Part shown: piece after piece, positions 8,541 to 16,187 of the stretch | Numbering within the stretch: position 1 is the stretch's first letter | Layout of the letters: every line of letters begins with the position of its first letter | NCBI RefSeq assembly: GCF_009617975.1 | Contig: NZ_CP040089.1 | Location: forward strand, 941,464 to 973,463 | Length of the DNA: 32,000 nucleotides | Direction: 5' to 3' | Source: Candidatus Nanohalobium constans | Lineage (GTDB): Archaea > Nanohalarchaeota > Nanosalinia > Nanosalinales > Nanosalinaceae | Notes under the pieces: generated by a model | The model's input: the letters and a program-made list of their open reading frames with translations, nothing else | The model's database searches: none | What the model was told of the DNA's origin: nothing | Program-made: the position numbers and the translations under genes

Positions 8541-9542
8541 ATGAATTCTCAGCGGGGTTTTGTTCTGGTTTTGACCGCGGTTTTTTTGCTGATGGCAGGG
8601 CTGATGTTGAAGCCTTTTGTAGGGTATTTGTTGGGTAGTTTGGTTCTTGCTTTTGTTTTGCATCCCGCTCAGAAGTATTTGCGGAGGTTTATTGATGAGA
8701 GGATTTCAGCTTTTTTCTTGACTATTTTGAGTGTGCTGGTTTTCTTGCTGCCTTTTGCTATTATTGTGAGTACTGTTGCGGGAGATGCTTCCGGAGTAAT
8801 TAATGATGTTACTCAGAATGAGGTTGTTGATATTGATCAGTTGGAAGCGTTGATGGCAGAGTATACGGATGAAGATATAGATATTAGAACTCAGTTGAGA
8901 GATGCCGTCAACAGTTTTGTTTCCACAGCGCTTGGAGGATTTTCCCAAATTCTCGGCATTCTTACTGCAGTAAGTATAGGTGTGTCGATAATGTTGTTCG
9001 TGATTTTCTACCTGTTGAAAGATGGTGAGGAGTTTGCAGATTATTTGAAAGACTTGATGCCTCTACCTGAGGATATTGCAGATAGTCTTTACGCTAAGAC
9101 CTACAGTACTACCTGGGCTGTTATTAAGGGTCATGTGTTGGTTGCTTTGGCTCAGGGAGCTATTGCCGGTATCGGTTTGTGGGTTGCTGGAGTTCCAAAC
9201 TTTGTGTTCTGGACATTTGTGATGATTATGCTTTCGTTTATCCCTTTGATTGGTTCGTTCTTGGTTTGGGGTCCGGCAGGAATTTATCTTGTTGCTCTTG
9301 GAGAAGTTCATGCAGGAATATTTTTGCTTATTTACGGCGTTGTAATTGTTAATCTTACTGATAACTTTCTTAGACCATTTGTTGTAGATGAAAGTGCCGA
9401 TCTTCATCCCGCTGTGATATTAATCGGCGTTATTGGCGGTGTGTATGTTTTCGGTGCTTCAGGCTTGTTTATCGGCCCGGTTGTTTTCGGTACTTTGAAG
9501 GCAGTTCTTGAGGTTTTTAACAAGCATTATCAAGAACTTTGA
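8541..9542 (+). CDS. AI-2E family transporter (PerM/UPF0118-like membrane protein)
   Basis: 333 aa with about 8 TM segments. The C-terminal FGASGLFIGPVVFGTLKAVLEVF resembles the conserved PerM-family end. A TATTTTTAT box lies about 29 nt upstream. Confidence 0.7.
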   Translation: MNSQRGFVLVLTAVFLLMAGLMLKPFVGYLLGSLVLAFVLHPAQKYLRRFIDERISAFFLTILSVLVFLLPFAIIVSTVAGDASGVINDVTQNEVVDIDQLEALMAEYTDEDIDIRTQLRDAVNSFVSTALGGFSQILGILTAVSIGVSIMLFVIFYLLKDGEEFADYLKDLMPLPEDIADSLYAKTYSTTWAVIKGHVLVALAQGAIAGIGLWVAGVPNFVFWTFVMIMLSFIPLIGSFLVWGPAGIYLVALGEVHAGIFLLIYGVVIVNLTDNFLRPFVVDESADLHPAVILIGVIGGVYVFGASGLFIGPVVFGTLKAVLEVFNKHYQEL

Positions 9543-9579
9543 ACCTGTTTTATAATATATACGTGAGACAGTTTGGATT

Positions 9580-10365
9580 ATGACTAGTCATCGTGAATCA
9601 GTTGTTTTAGCTGTTATAGCCGTTATTTTGGTTTCCATTCCTGCGGCATCTCAGAATGTTGAAATCAGCGGAGAGGAAAATAAGCAGGGTGTGATCGATT
9701 CGAAGTTTTCTGATCGTTTTGAAGTTGATTTTGAGCCAGGTAAGGTTGTTAATGATTTGATGGATAGTGATGCGAGACTTGAGGTCAATCAAAGTTTTAG
9801 TAGAGATGTGAAGAGGCTTCAGACTTCTAAAGGTTTTGTTAAGATAGTTAGGACAAATGATTCTATTGAGAAAACTGTTCAGACTCCTTACGGTCGTTTT
9901 GAGTTTGGAGTGAAAGATGGCGATAATTACAGCGAGTTTTCTGGGAACAGCGGTTCTAGAGATGAGGCTGAAGAGGTTAGGGAGAACTTGATGGATGAGA
10001 TGAGTCAAAGGTCTTCGGAGTTAAGTGAGAAGCATAGTGTCGTGGTTCAGGAAATGCTTCCGGATGTCAGTGCTTCGGTTGAGGATAATTCAGAGACAGA
10101 GCATTTGAATTTGACGAATAACGAGGAGGAGGCAGTTGATATTTCTGGTTGGAAAGCAGTTTCTATCAGTGGAGATAGTATGGAATACATGAACTTAACC
10201 GGCAAGCTGGAGCCTGGTGAGACTAAGACCTTCTTTGCAGGTGACGAAGGCAGGATGGAAAATTTCGGAGACAATACTGTTTTTAAAGACGTGAATATTT
10301 ACAGTAATGCCTTAGTAAAGGTTTATAACGCTGGAGAGAAAGAAATAGTAAGTTTAGAGTATTAA
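9580..10365 (+). CDS. Secreted/anchored acidic protein with a C-terminal lamin-tail-domain-like module
   Basis: N-terminal hydrophobic signal/anchor (VVLAVIAVILVSIPAASQ). The C-terminal EHLNLTNNEEEAVDISGWKAVSISGDSMEYMNLTGKLEPGETKTFFAG resembles the LTD pattern (xVELxN...vDLSGWxL...L.PG). It has several N-x-S/T sequons. Confidence 0.55.
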   Translation: MTSHRESVVLAVIAVILVSIPAASQNVEISGEENKQGVIDSKFSDRFEVDFEPGKVVNDLMDSDARLEVNQSFSRDVKRLQTSKGFVKIVRTNDSIEKTVQTPYGRFEFGVKDGDNYSEFSGNSGSRDEAEEVRENLMDEMSQRSSELSEKHSVVVQEMLPDVSASVEDNSETEHLNLTNNEEEAVDISGWKAVSISGDSMEYMNLTGKLEPGETKTFFAGDEGRMENFGDNTVFKDVNIYSNALVKVYNAGEKEIVSLEY

Positions 10366-10685
10366 AGTTTCTCTACTTCCCCATTTACTTTGTATTCTTC
10401 TCCCGTAACCAGTTTCTTCAGCTTCATCTCTTCTCCTTCAGCTACAACCACTATTCTCTTCAAGAGAGGGAGCGATACTTCAGGAATTTCTGGTTTTGCA
10501 GTTATGAGAATTGCTGAGATTATGTATAGATAGAGTAGTGCTGAAAGCGTCACCGGGTTATAACCCATGAAGTTAACCGTTATATAAGCGGTAGATGCTG
10601 TGAGAACTCCGTATGTCGTTCCCTCAATAATTTGCTGCTTCATATAGACATAAAATGGGCTTAAACAAAAAAAGTGTTTTGCCAT
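10362..10685 (-). CDS. Small hypothetical membrane protein
   Basis: The ORF is open to 10709 (GTG). ATG 10685 or ATG 10643 is the more likely start. It has a hydrophobic core (LSALLYLYIISAILITA) and I recognise no family. Its stop overlaps the stop of the convergent gene (TTAA at 10362-10365). Confidence 0.4.
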   Translation of the reverse strand: MAKHFFCLSPFYVYMKQQIIEGTTYGVLTASTAYITVNFMGYNPVTLSALLYLYIISAILITAKPEIPEVSLPLLKRIVVVAEGEEMKLKKLVTGEEYKVNGEVEKL

Positions 10686-10767
10686 ATATTTTATCTCCAT
10701 AAATTTCACTCTTTATTCCGTCACAGTTTTACGGAGAGTTAGGAGGTATGGAGACCTCCTTATCGAA

Positions 10768-11709
10768 CTATTTTTGCTTGTAGAACTCTACTGTTTTCCT
10801 TAGTCCTTCTTCAAAGCTGTGTTCTGGACTCCATCCAAGGACTTCTTCAGTTCTTGAGATGTCGGCGTTGTGTTGCATAACATAGTTGTCACGCGGGTTT
10901 TCAATCCTCTCCGGCTCAATATCAGTTCCAAGAACTTTGTTGAGTTTTTCTACTACTTGGTTGAAGGTTTGTGGATCTCCTTTACCGACATTGAAGACTT
11001 CGCCGTCCGCTTCTTCGATTCTCTGTGCGGCGGCGATGTTGGCCTCTGCCACATCTTCAACATAGATGAGGTCTCTCTCCTGGTCGCCCTCTCCCCATAT
11101 GACAGGTCTTTCTCCATCCTGCATCTTCCAGAGGAACTGGGTGACCACATTGGCATACTTTCCCTTCGCCTTCTCATGAGGACCGAAAACGGAGAAGAAC
11201 CTGAGTCCGGTAAATTGGACATCAGTCTGAACACTGTAGGTCTTGGCATAAAGTTCTCGGGACATTTTAGAAGCTGTGTAGAGATTCATCGGATACTCTC
11301 CCGAGTCAACTTCATGAGGTGGTTCGATGCTGCCATACATGGAAGATGTAGATGCATAGACTACTTTTTCCACTTCCTCTTCTTTAGCTGCTTCTGCAAC
11401 ATTGACGAAGCCTTCTATGTTAACTCTAGCTCCTTCAGCTGCGTCTTCCTTATGCATTGGAGATGAGCTTCTGGCTGCGAGATGGAAAACAGTGTCTACT
11501 CCGTTGACGGCTTCCTGTATTTTTTCTTCGTCTAGTACAGAGCCTTCGATTAACTCTATTTTGTCTTCTATTTTTTCCAGGTTTTCAGGAGTTCCGAGGT
11601 ACATGCTGTCTAGTACTGTGACTTCTACATCTTTTTCTACCAGTTTTTCTACTATGTTGGAGCCTATGAATCCTGCTCCTCCTGTGACTAAGGCCTTTTC
11701 CATCTGCAT
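10768..11709 (-). CDS. NAD-dependent nucleotide-sugar epimerase/dehydratase (extended SDR; UDP-hexose/hexuronate 4-epimerase-like)
   Basis: VTGGAGFIGSNIV Rossmann motif, YTASK (YxxxK) motif, 313 aa. An A-rich box lies about 28 nt upstream of ATG 11709. Confidence 0.88.
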   Translation of the reverse strand: MQMEKALVTGGAGFIGSNIVEKLVEKDVEVTVLDSMYLGTPENLEKIEDKIELIEGSVLDEEKIQEAVNGVDTVFHLAARSSSPMHKEDAAEGARVNIEGFVNVAEAAKEEEVEKVVYASTSSMYGSIEPPHEVDSGEYPMNLYTASKMSRELYAKTYSVQTDVQFTGLRFFSVFGPHEKAKGKYANVVTQFLWKMQDGERPVIWGEGDQERDLIYVEDVAEANIAAAQRIEEADGEVFNVGKGDPQTFNQVVEKLNKVLGTDIEPERIENPRDNYVMQHNADISRTEEVLGWSPEHSFEEGLRKTVEFYKQK

Positions 11710-11796
11710 AATTGATTTTGTTTAGCAGTGATTTTTTTAGCTGTTGAACCGGTTTTTAGAAAGGATTTTTATGGAGTGTTTGATAGAGTCTGATGT

Positions 11797-12204
11797 GTGG
11801 GAAGAGAAAGAGATTATCTCCAGAGTTTGTTAGCAGGTGAGTCCCGTGCTTATGGTTTCACTATTGCTTTTTGGGGTTCCGGGGCTATGTTGATCGGTCA
11901 GTATGGTATGCCTGATTTTATCCAGGCTGCTGCCTACGGGGCTGGAGCAGTGACAGGTTTCGGTCTTCTGGCTTTGATCGCTTTCAAGAATACTTTTTCC
12001 GCTATAGAAGATACTAAGAGCACTATGGTTGTCTTATCTATGATGCACTACTTGGCTGCGTTAATCCCTCTTATGATTTCGAAAGTGATCGTAGAGAATG
12101 TTTCTGTCCCTGCTTACGGGTTTTTCATGGCAGGAATGTCTGTCTCAGTTGTCTACAACGCCCTTTCTGTTTTAGAAGAAGATATAGCTGAGCTATTGAG
12201 TTAG
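11797..12204 (+). CDS. Hypothetical 4-TM membrane protein
   Basis: 135-aa ORF with a GTG start and a TTTTTAT box about 27 nt upstream. It is hydrophobic and I recognise no family. Confidence 0.5.
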   Translation: MGRERDYLQSLLAGESRAYGFTIAFWGSGAMLIGQYGMPDFIQAAAYGAGAVTGFGLLALIAFKNTFSAIEDTKSTMVVLSMMHYLAALIPLMISKVIVENVSVPAYGFFMAGMSVSVVYNALSVLEEDIAELLS

Positions 12205-12302
12205 TTAGGAAAGATCTATCCATTTACCCCTCCCTCCGATGTAGACCGATAATTTGGTTGTGACAGGATTTTACTCTACTGGCTATTAAGTTGCTGTTTT
12301 CT

Positions 12303-12977
12303 CTACCTTGTGTCATCCGGAACTATATCCAGTTCTAGGTGGTACTTCTTCCCGTTTCTCTCTATATAGGCGTTACGATGTGGAGGATAGGTCAAAGCCC
12401 TTAACTCATCTATGAAATCTTCCTTCGATGTTTCTTCATTAAGCTTTATCCTTCTCTCATCTTCCAAGTCTTTCTTGTAGTGTGTGGTGCCTCTTCCAGG
12501 GCTTTGTTGTGTTTTCTGTATATTTCCTTGTTTGATATCAGCCCAGTTTTCCTTGAACTGCTGGACTTGCTCCCTCATCAATCTTTCATGCAAACTTTTC
12601 CCTGTGTCGTCAGGATATACCGGCACCTCTCTTCGGTCTATTATCGGACCGTGATCTATTTCTTCTGTCATTTGGTGTATTGATACGCCGGCAGGAGTAT
12701 CCTCGATTATAGGCCAGATATACGGATGTGCCCCTCTGTTATACGGCAGAAAGGATGGATGGAGATTGATTATTCCTTTTTCAGGGACTTCGATTATCTC
12801 TTTAGGTACTTTGTGTTCGAAGCCTGCTGAGATAACTATTTCTGGCTCCAGTTTTTCTATCAGCGATAGTTGGTCTTTCTCTGTAAGTAGTGCGAGGACA
12901 TCAGTGTCTTCTCTCTGGTTCAGCCAGTTGTAGATTTCTTCGCCCGCCTGATTTTGTCCCAGGAAAACTGCCTCCAT
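12303..12977 (-). CDS. Formyltransferase-family protein (Fmt/ArnA N-terminal-domain-like; probable sugar N-formyltransferase)
   Basis: INLHPSFLPYNRGAHP matches the N-10-formyl-THF transferase core (HxSLLPxxRG). At 224 aa it lacks the tRNA-binding C-terminal domain of Fmt. It sits between two nucleotide-sugar SDR genes. Confidence 0.75.
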   Translation of the reverse strand: MEAVFLGQNQAGEEIYNWLNQREDTDVLALLTEKDQLSLIEKLEPEIVISAGFEHKVPKEIIEVPEKGIINLHPSFLPYNRGAHPYIWPIIEDTPAGVSIHQMTEEIDHGPIIDRREVPVYPDDTGKSLHERLMREQVQQFKENWADIKQGNIQKTQQSPGRGTTHYKKDLEDERRIKLNEETSKEDFIDELRALTYPPHRNAYIERNGKKYHLELDIVPDDTR

Positions 12978-13075
12978 ACAGTATTCTTTCTCCGATAAAC
13001 TATAACAGGTTTTCTATTCAGAGACCAGAGTAAATCGAACAGTTATTTTACATTTGTTTAGAATAACTGTAAAGC

Positions 13076-13972
13076 ATGGAAATCGCAGTAACCGGAGGCG
13101 CCGGATTCATCGGCAGCCATCTAGCAGAAAAACTAATCGAAAAAGGTCACGACCTAACACTAATCGACAACCTCTCCTCCGGAGAACAAAAAAACATGCC
13201 CGAAGAAGCAGATTTTGAAAAAATAGACATCAAAGAAGATGATCTAACATGTCTAAGCGGGATAGATGTAGTTTTCCATCTTGCAGCCAACCCTAAAGTC
13301 AATACTTTTCCAGAAGACAGGGACAAAGACTTTGAGGAGAATTTGAAAGGTACAAAAAATGTTTTGGAAGCCTGCGAGAAATATGAAGTTGGAGAACTTA
13401 TTTTTGCTTCTTCTTCAGTTGTATATGGCGAAGATGCCGAAATTCCAACTCCTGAAGACGCTAACATGAGCCCTATATCGATGTACGGCGCCACAAAATG
13501 CGGAGGAGAGCACATGTGCCAAGTCTACCAGCAGATCTTCGACATAGATCTAACTATCGTTAGACTGGCAAATATTGTCGGCGGCAGAAACCAGAAAGGA
13601 GTAATATACGACTTCATCCACAAACTGAAAGACAATCCAGAAAAACTAGTGATACTAGGCAACGGAAAACAGAGGAAAAGTTATCTGCATGTCGAAGACA
13701 CGGTAGAAGGGATACTCGCTGCCCGGAAGTCAGATAAAACCGTTTTCAACATCGGTTCAGAGGACTCCATCGATGTAGATGGAATAGCCGACATAGTAGC
13801 AGACGAACTAGACCTAAGCCCGGATTACGAATACACTGGCGGAGAGAAAGGCTGGGAGGGCGATGTACCAGAAATGAGATTGAGTATTGAAAAATTGAAG
13901 TCGGAAGGCTGGAATCCAGAGAAAAATTCCGCTGAATCAGTGCGGAAAACTGTTCGAGAACTCCTGATTTAA
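13076..13972 (+). CDS. NAD-dependent nucleotide-sugar epimerase/dehydratase (extended SDR)
   Basis: VTGGAGFIGSHLAEKL motif, YGATK (YxxxK) motif, 298 aa. A TTATTTTA box lies about 29 nt upstream. Confidence 0.88.
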   Translation: MEIAVTGGAGFIGSHLAEKLIEKGHDLTLIDNLSSGEQKNMPEEADFEKIDIKEDDLTCLSGIDVVFHLAANPKVNTFPEDRDKDFEENLKGTKNVLEACEKYEVGELIFASSSVVYGEDAEIPTPEDANMSPISMYGATKCGGEHMCQVYQQIFDIDLTIVRLANIVGGRNQKGVIYDFIHKLKDNPEKLVILGNGKQRKSYLHVEDTVEGILAARKSDKTVFNIGSEDSIDVDGIADIVADELDLSPDYEYTGGEKGWEGDVPEMRLSIEKLKSEGWNPEKNSAESVRKTVRELLI

Positions 13973-14010
13973 GGCAAGTCAGTCAAAGGCACTTCAGAAG
14001 AGGAAATTAG

Positions 14011-14370
14011 CTAATCTTCAAGTTCTCTAGTCTCAGAGTATTCTCTGTAATCTTTGTCGCTGGAAACTATCTTTTCTTCTCCAGATGCTACGAGATGTAG
14101 TGCATCGAAAGGAGTGAAGTCTTCCTCCTCTACATAGCTTGCTGCGGCTTCTACCTCTTTAATCTCTCCTTTTACATCAATCAACTCTATTGCTTCAGCT
14201 ACTACCCTCAACACATTCATATTTTCCCTGTATGCGATCAACATAAGTTCAATCAGGGTGTAGCGGGAAGTCCAAAGATCATCATTTTTCTTGTAAATTT
14301 CTCTGGCATTTTCCTGCAGCCAGTCATCATCTTTCAGTAGTGCCAGTACAAAATCTGTCTCAGCATACAT
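14011..14370 (-). CDS. PIN-domain toxin (VapC-like)
   Basis: 119 aa with acidic PIN residues in ETDFVLAL, FDALHL and SSDKDY. It lies 1 nt downstream of the AbrB-type antitoxin gene. Confidence 0.8.
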   Translation of the reverse strand: MYAETDFVLALLKDDDWLQENAREIYKKNDDLWTSRYTLIELMLIAYRENMNVLRVVAEAIELIDVKGEIKEVEAAASYVEEEDFTPFDALHLVASGEEKIVSSDKDYREYSETRELED

Positions 14371-14371
14371 T

Positions 14372-14596
14372 CTATCGGCCTGCCTCTTCCATAGCAGTCT
14401 CTAAAGCACCTTTCTTAAGCTCTTCTACAGACTTATCAGTGCCTTCAAACTCTTCTCTTAGTGCCTCAAGAGGATCATCAGAGACAGGGACCAGCATTAT
14501 CTTATCCCCTCTATCTATAATATGGAACTTCTCACCGAACTTCTCCCTCATCTCCTTGGGAATGTATACTCTACCATTATCTGCAGTAGTAGTCAT
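14372..14596 (-). CDS. AbrB/SpoVT-type antitoxin (VapB-like)
   Basis: MTTTADNGRVYIPKEMREKFG... is a swapped-hairpin AbrB-like N-terminus. ATG 14596 is preferred over the track start 14635 because a TTTAAA box at 14619-14624 lies about 25 nt upstream. Confidence 0.75.
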   Translation of the reverse strand: MTTTADNGRVYIPKEMREKFGEKFHIIDRGDKIMLVPVSDDPLEALREEFEGTDKSVEELKKGALETAMEEAGR

Positions 14597-14628
14597 AAAA
14601 CAAGAATATTTGTCAAAATTTAAAAATC

Positions 14629-14670
14629 TTACCAATAAGGGGGGGAAACGCCTATTCTTTTAATTGGTAA
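14629..14670. promoter_or_regulatory. Inverted repeat TTACCAAT-N26-ATTGGTAA in the control region shared by two divergent TA operons
   Basis: Perfect 8-bp arms at 14629-14636 and 14663-14670. TTTAAA (14619-14624) and TTTTAAT (14657-14663) boxes serve the two start codons. A further palindrome, AGTCATTATGACT (14680-14692), spans ATG 14687. Confidence 0.4.
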
Positions 14671-14686
14671 TGAGTAATTAGTCATT

Positions 14687-14896
14687 ATGACTACTGTTAC
14701 TATCAGCGAAGATACCCATAGAAAGTTGAAGAAGTTGAAGGAGAAAGAAAAAATCAGCTCTTTTGACGAACTTCTGGATAATATTGCAGAGGAGAAACTG
14801 GACATACCTTCATCCGAAGAGATGTTCGGCTCCATGGAAATTGAAGACAAAGAAGAGATTAGAGATCACGACGACAGAGCCGATAGATATGAGTGA
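14687..14896 (+). CDS. Archaeal VapB-type antitoxin (MTTVTISEDTHRKLKKLK family)
   Basis: 69 aa. The N-terminal TISEDTHRKLKKLKEKEKISSFDELL pattern is typical of small archaeal PIN-associated antitoxins, and the tail is acidic. Its stop overlaps the downstream PIN start. Confidence 0.7.
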   Translation: MTTVTISEDTHRKLKKLKEKEKISSFDELLDNIAEEKLDIPSSEEMFGSMEIEDKEEIRDHDDRADRYE

Positions 14897-15284
14897 ATAC
14901 TTGCTTGACACATGGGCGTGGATAGAGTTCTACATCGGAAGCGAGAAAGGGAAAGAAATTTACCAGAAAATAGAGGAAGCGAAGTGTTACACCTCAATAG
15001 TATCCTTAGCGGAAATGTCTGACAATTACCAGTCAGGAAACCTAAAATCAGACAATAAATGGAGCGAAATTAGAGGCTTTGTAGAGTCTAAAACAGAAGT
15101 AGTGACTTTAACGCCCGAAATATGCGGAAATGCAGGAAAAATAAAACAGCAAGAAAGAGAAAAATTCTCAGACTTCGGACTAATGGATGCAATAATACTG
15201 TCAACCGCCAGAAAAAACGACCTAGAATTAATTACAGGAGACAAACACCTAAAAGATAAAGAAAGAGCAAAAAAGTTAGAATAA
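14889..15284 (+). CDS. PIN-domain toxin (VapC-like)
   Basis: Starting at MSEYLLDTWAWIEF, it has PIN acidic residues in LLDT, SLAE, MDAIIL and TGDKHL. The track ORF start (14763) is an upstream extension that overlaps the antitoxin. Confidence 0.8.
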   Translation: MSEYLLDTWAWIEFYIGSEKGKEIYQKIEEAKCYTSIVSLAEMSDNYQSGNLKSDNKWSEIRGFVESKTEVVTLTPEICGNAGKIKQQEREKFSDFGLMDAIILSTARKNDLELITGDKHLKDKERAKKLE

Positions 15285-15298
15285 AGAGCTGGAATTCA

Positions 15299-16147
15299 TT
15301 ATTGCTTTCTTCTATCCAAGACAGGATTTACATTATCGAAAAATCTGTTTGAACTTGATTTTGCTACCCATACATTATTTTGCTGTATGTTACATTCTAC
15401 ATTGAGATTTTGAAGTATTTGCTGCACCATTTTCTTCTCTTGTTCATCATAGGAGCAGATTCTGGGCGACCCGCAAGGATGAAGATTTCCATCTGAATCG
15501 TATTGTCCTTCGATATATTTCCAGGCCTTCCCTTCTTCAAAAAGCCAATCCACTTTATTTTCCAAATTTTGTAGCCATTCAGCAAGTACTTGTGATGATG
15601 CCCAAACAGCGTCTTTGCCTTCTTTCTGTCCTGTATTAGGATTTAGACCTAAGGCTTTCAGGTTTTCTACAAATTTTTCAGCAAATTCTGAATCTTTGAC
15701 TTCAAGCCCTATTGTGCCGTTATTATCATGAAATCCATCTCCATCAATAACTCCTAGAATATAAGATAAAGATTCAGTTTGCCCGAATTTGACATCAATT
15801 TCATTTTCTTCGGCAAGTTTTCTGCATTTCTCAGCGACCTCTTCACTATTCCTGTATTCTTCTTGGTTTCTTGCTAAACCTAGATCCATTGCCTTGAGCT
15901 TTATGGCATTCCAACTTCTCTCTGGAAGTAATTCTGAAATCTCGGATTTATCTCCAGGATAATTTTCCCTCAATATCCGCTTTTCTTCTTCTGACCACGG
16001 GTCAGCGATATCCGACTTAATATCATATTCGCTCATCCATTTAGAGACAGAAGACTGTGTAACTCCTAATTTTTCACCAATCTGTCTTTGACTCAAATCC
16101 TCATCGTGGTATAACCTGTAAAGCTCTTCAGCGCTTACCTTAGACAT
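15299..16147 (-). CDS. Free-standing LAGLIDADG homing-endonuclease-like protein with N-terminal HTH and Myb/SANT-like modules
   Basis: Two LAGLIDADG-type motifs (YILGVIDGDGF and YIEGQYDSDGN) lie about 90 aa apart. The N-terminus has an HTH (LSQRQIGEKLGVTQSSVSKWM) followed by WSEEEKRILRENYPG...SWNAIKLKAMDLGL (Myb/SANT-like). The gene is AT-rich with T-ending codons, unlike its neighbours. There is no intein or intron host. Confidence 0.75.
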   Translation of the reverse strand: MSKVSAEELYRLYHDEDLSQRQIGEKLGVTQSSVSKWMSEYDIKSDIADPWSEEEKRILRENYPGDKSEISELLPERSWNAIKLKAMDLGLARNQEEYRNSEEVAEKCRKLAEENEIDVKFGQTESLSYILGVIDGDGFHDNNGTIGLEVKDSEFAEKFVENLKALGLNPNTGQKEGKDAVWASSQVLAEWLQNLENKVDWLFEEGKAWKYIEGQYDSDGNLHPCGSPRICSYDEQEKKMVQQILQNLNVECNIQQNNVWVAKSSSNRFFDNVNPVLDRRKQ

Positions 16148-16187
16148 AAATCAAATTAGAAAAAAGAGAATAAAAAAGTTTAGCTAT

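Noticed and set aside
7706-8663. ORFs 7706-8107(-), 8341-8544(+), 8373-8663(-) and 8453-8638(+)
   Set aside because: They are by-products of the extreme G/T bias of this stretch, where stop codons are rare in several frames. The products are low-complexity (Cys/Phe/Leu or Gln/Asn/Thr runs).
9063-11725. ORFs 9063-9407, 9607-10008, 10047-10274, 10870-11466, 10953-11249 and 11402-11725
   Set aside because: They are antisense or out-of-frame to well-supported genes (AI-2E, LTD-like, epimerase). Their composition is biased and no motifs are present.
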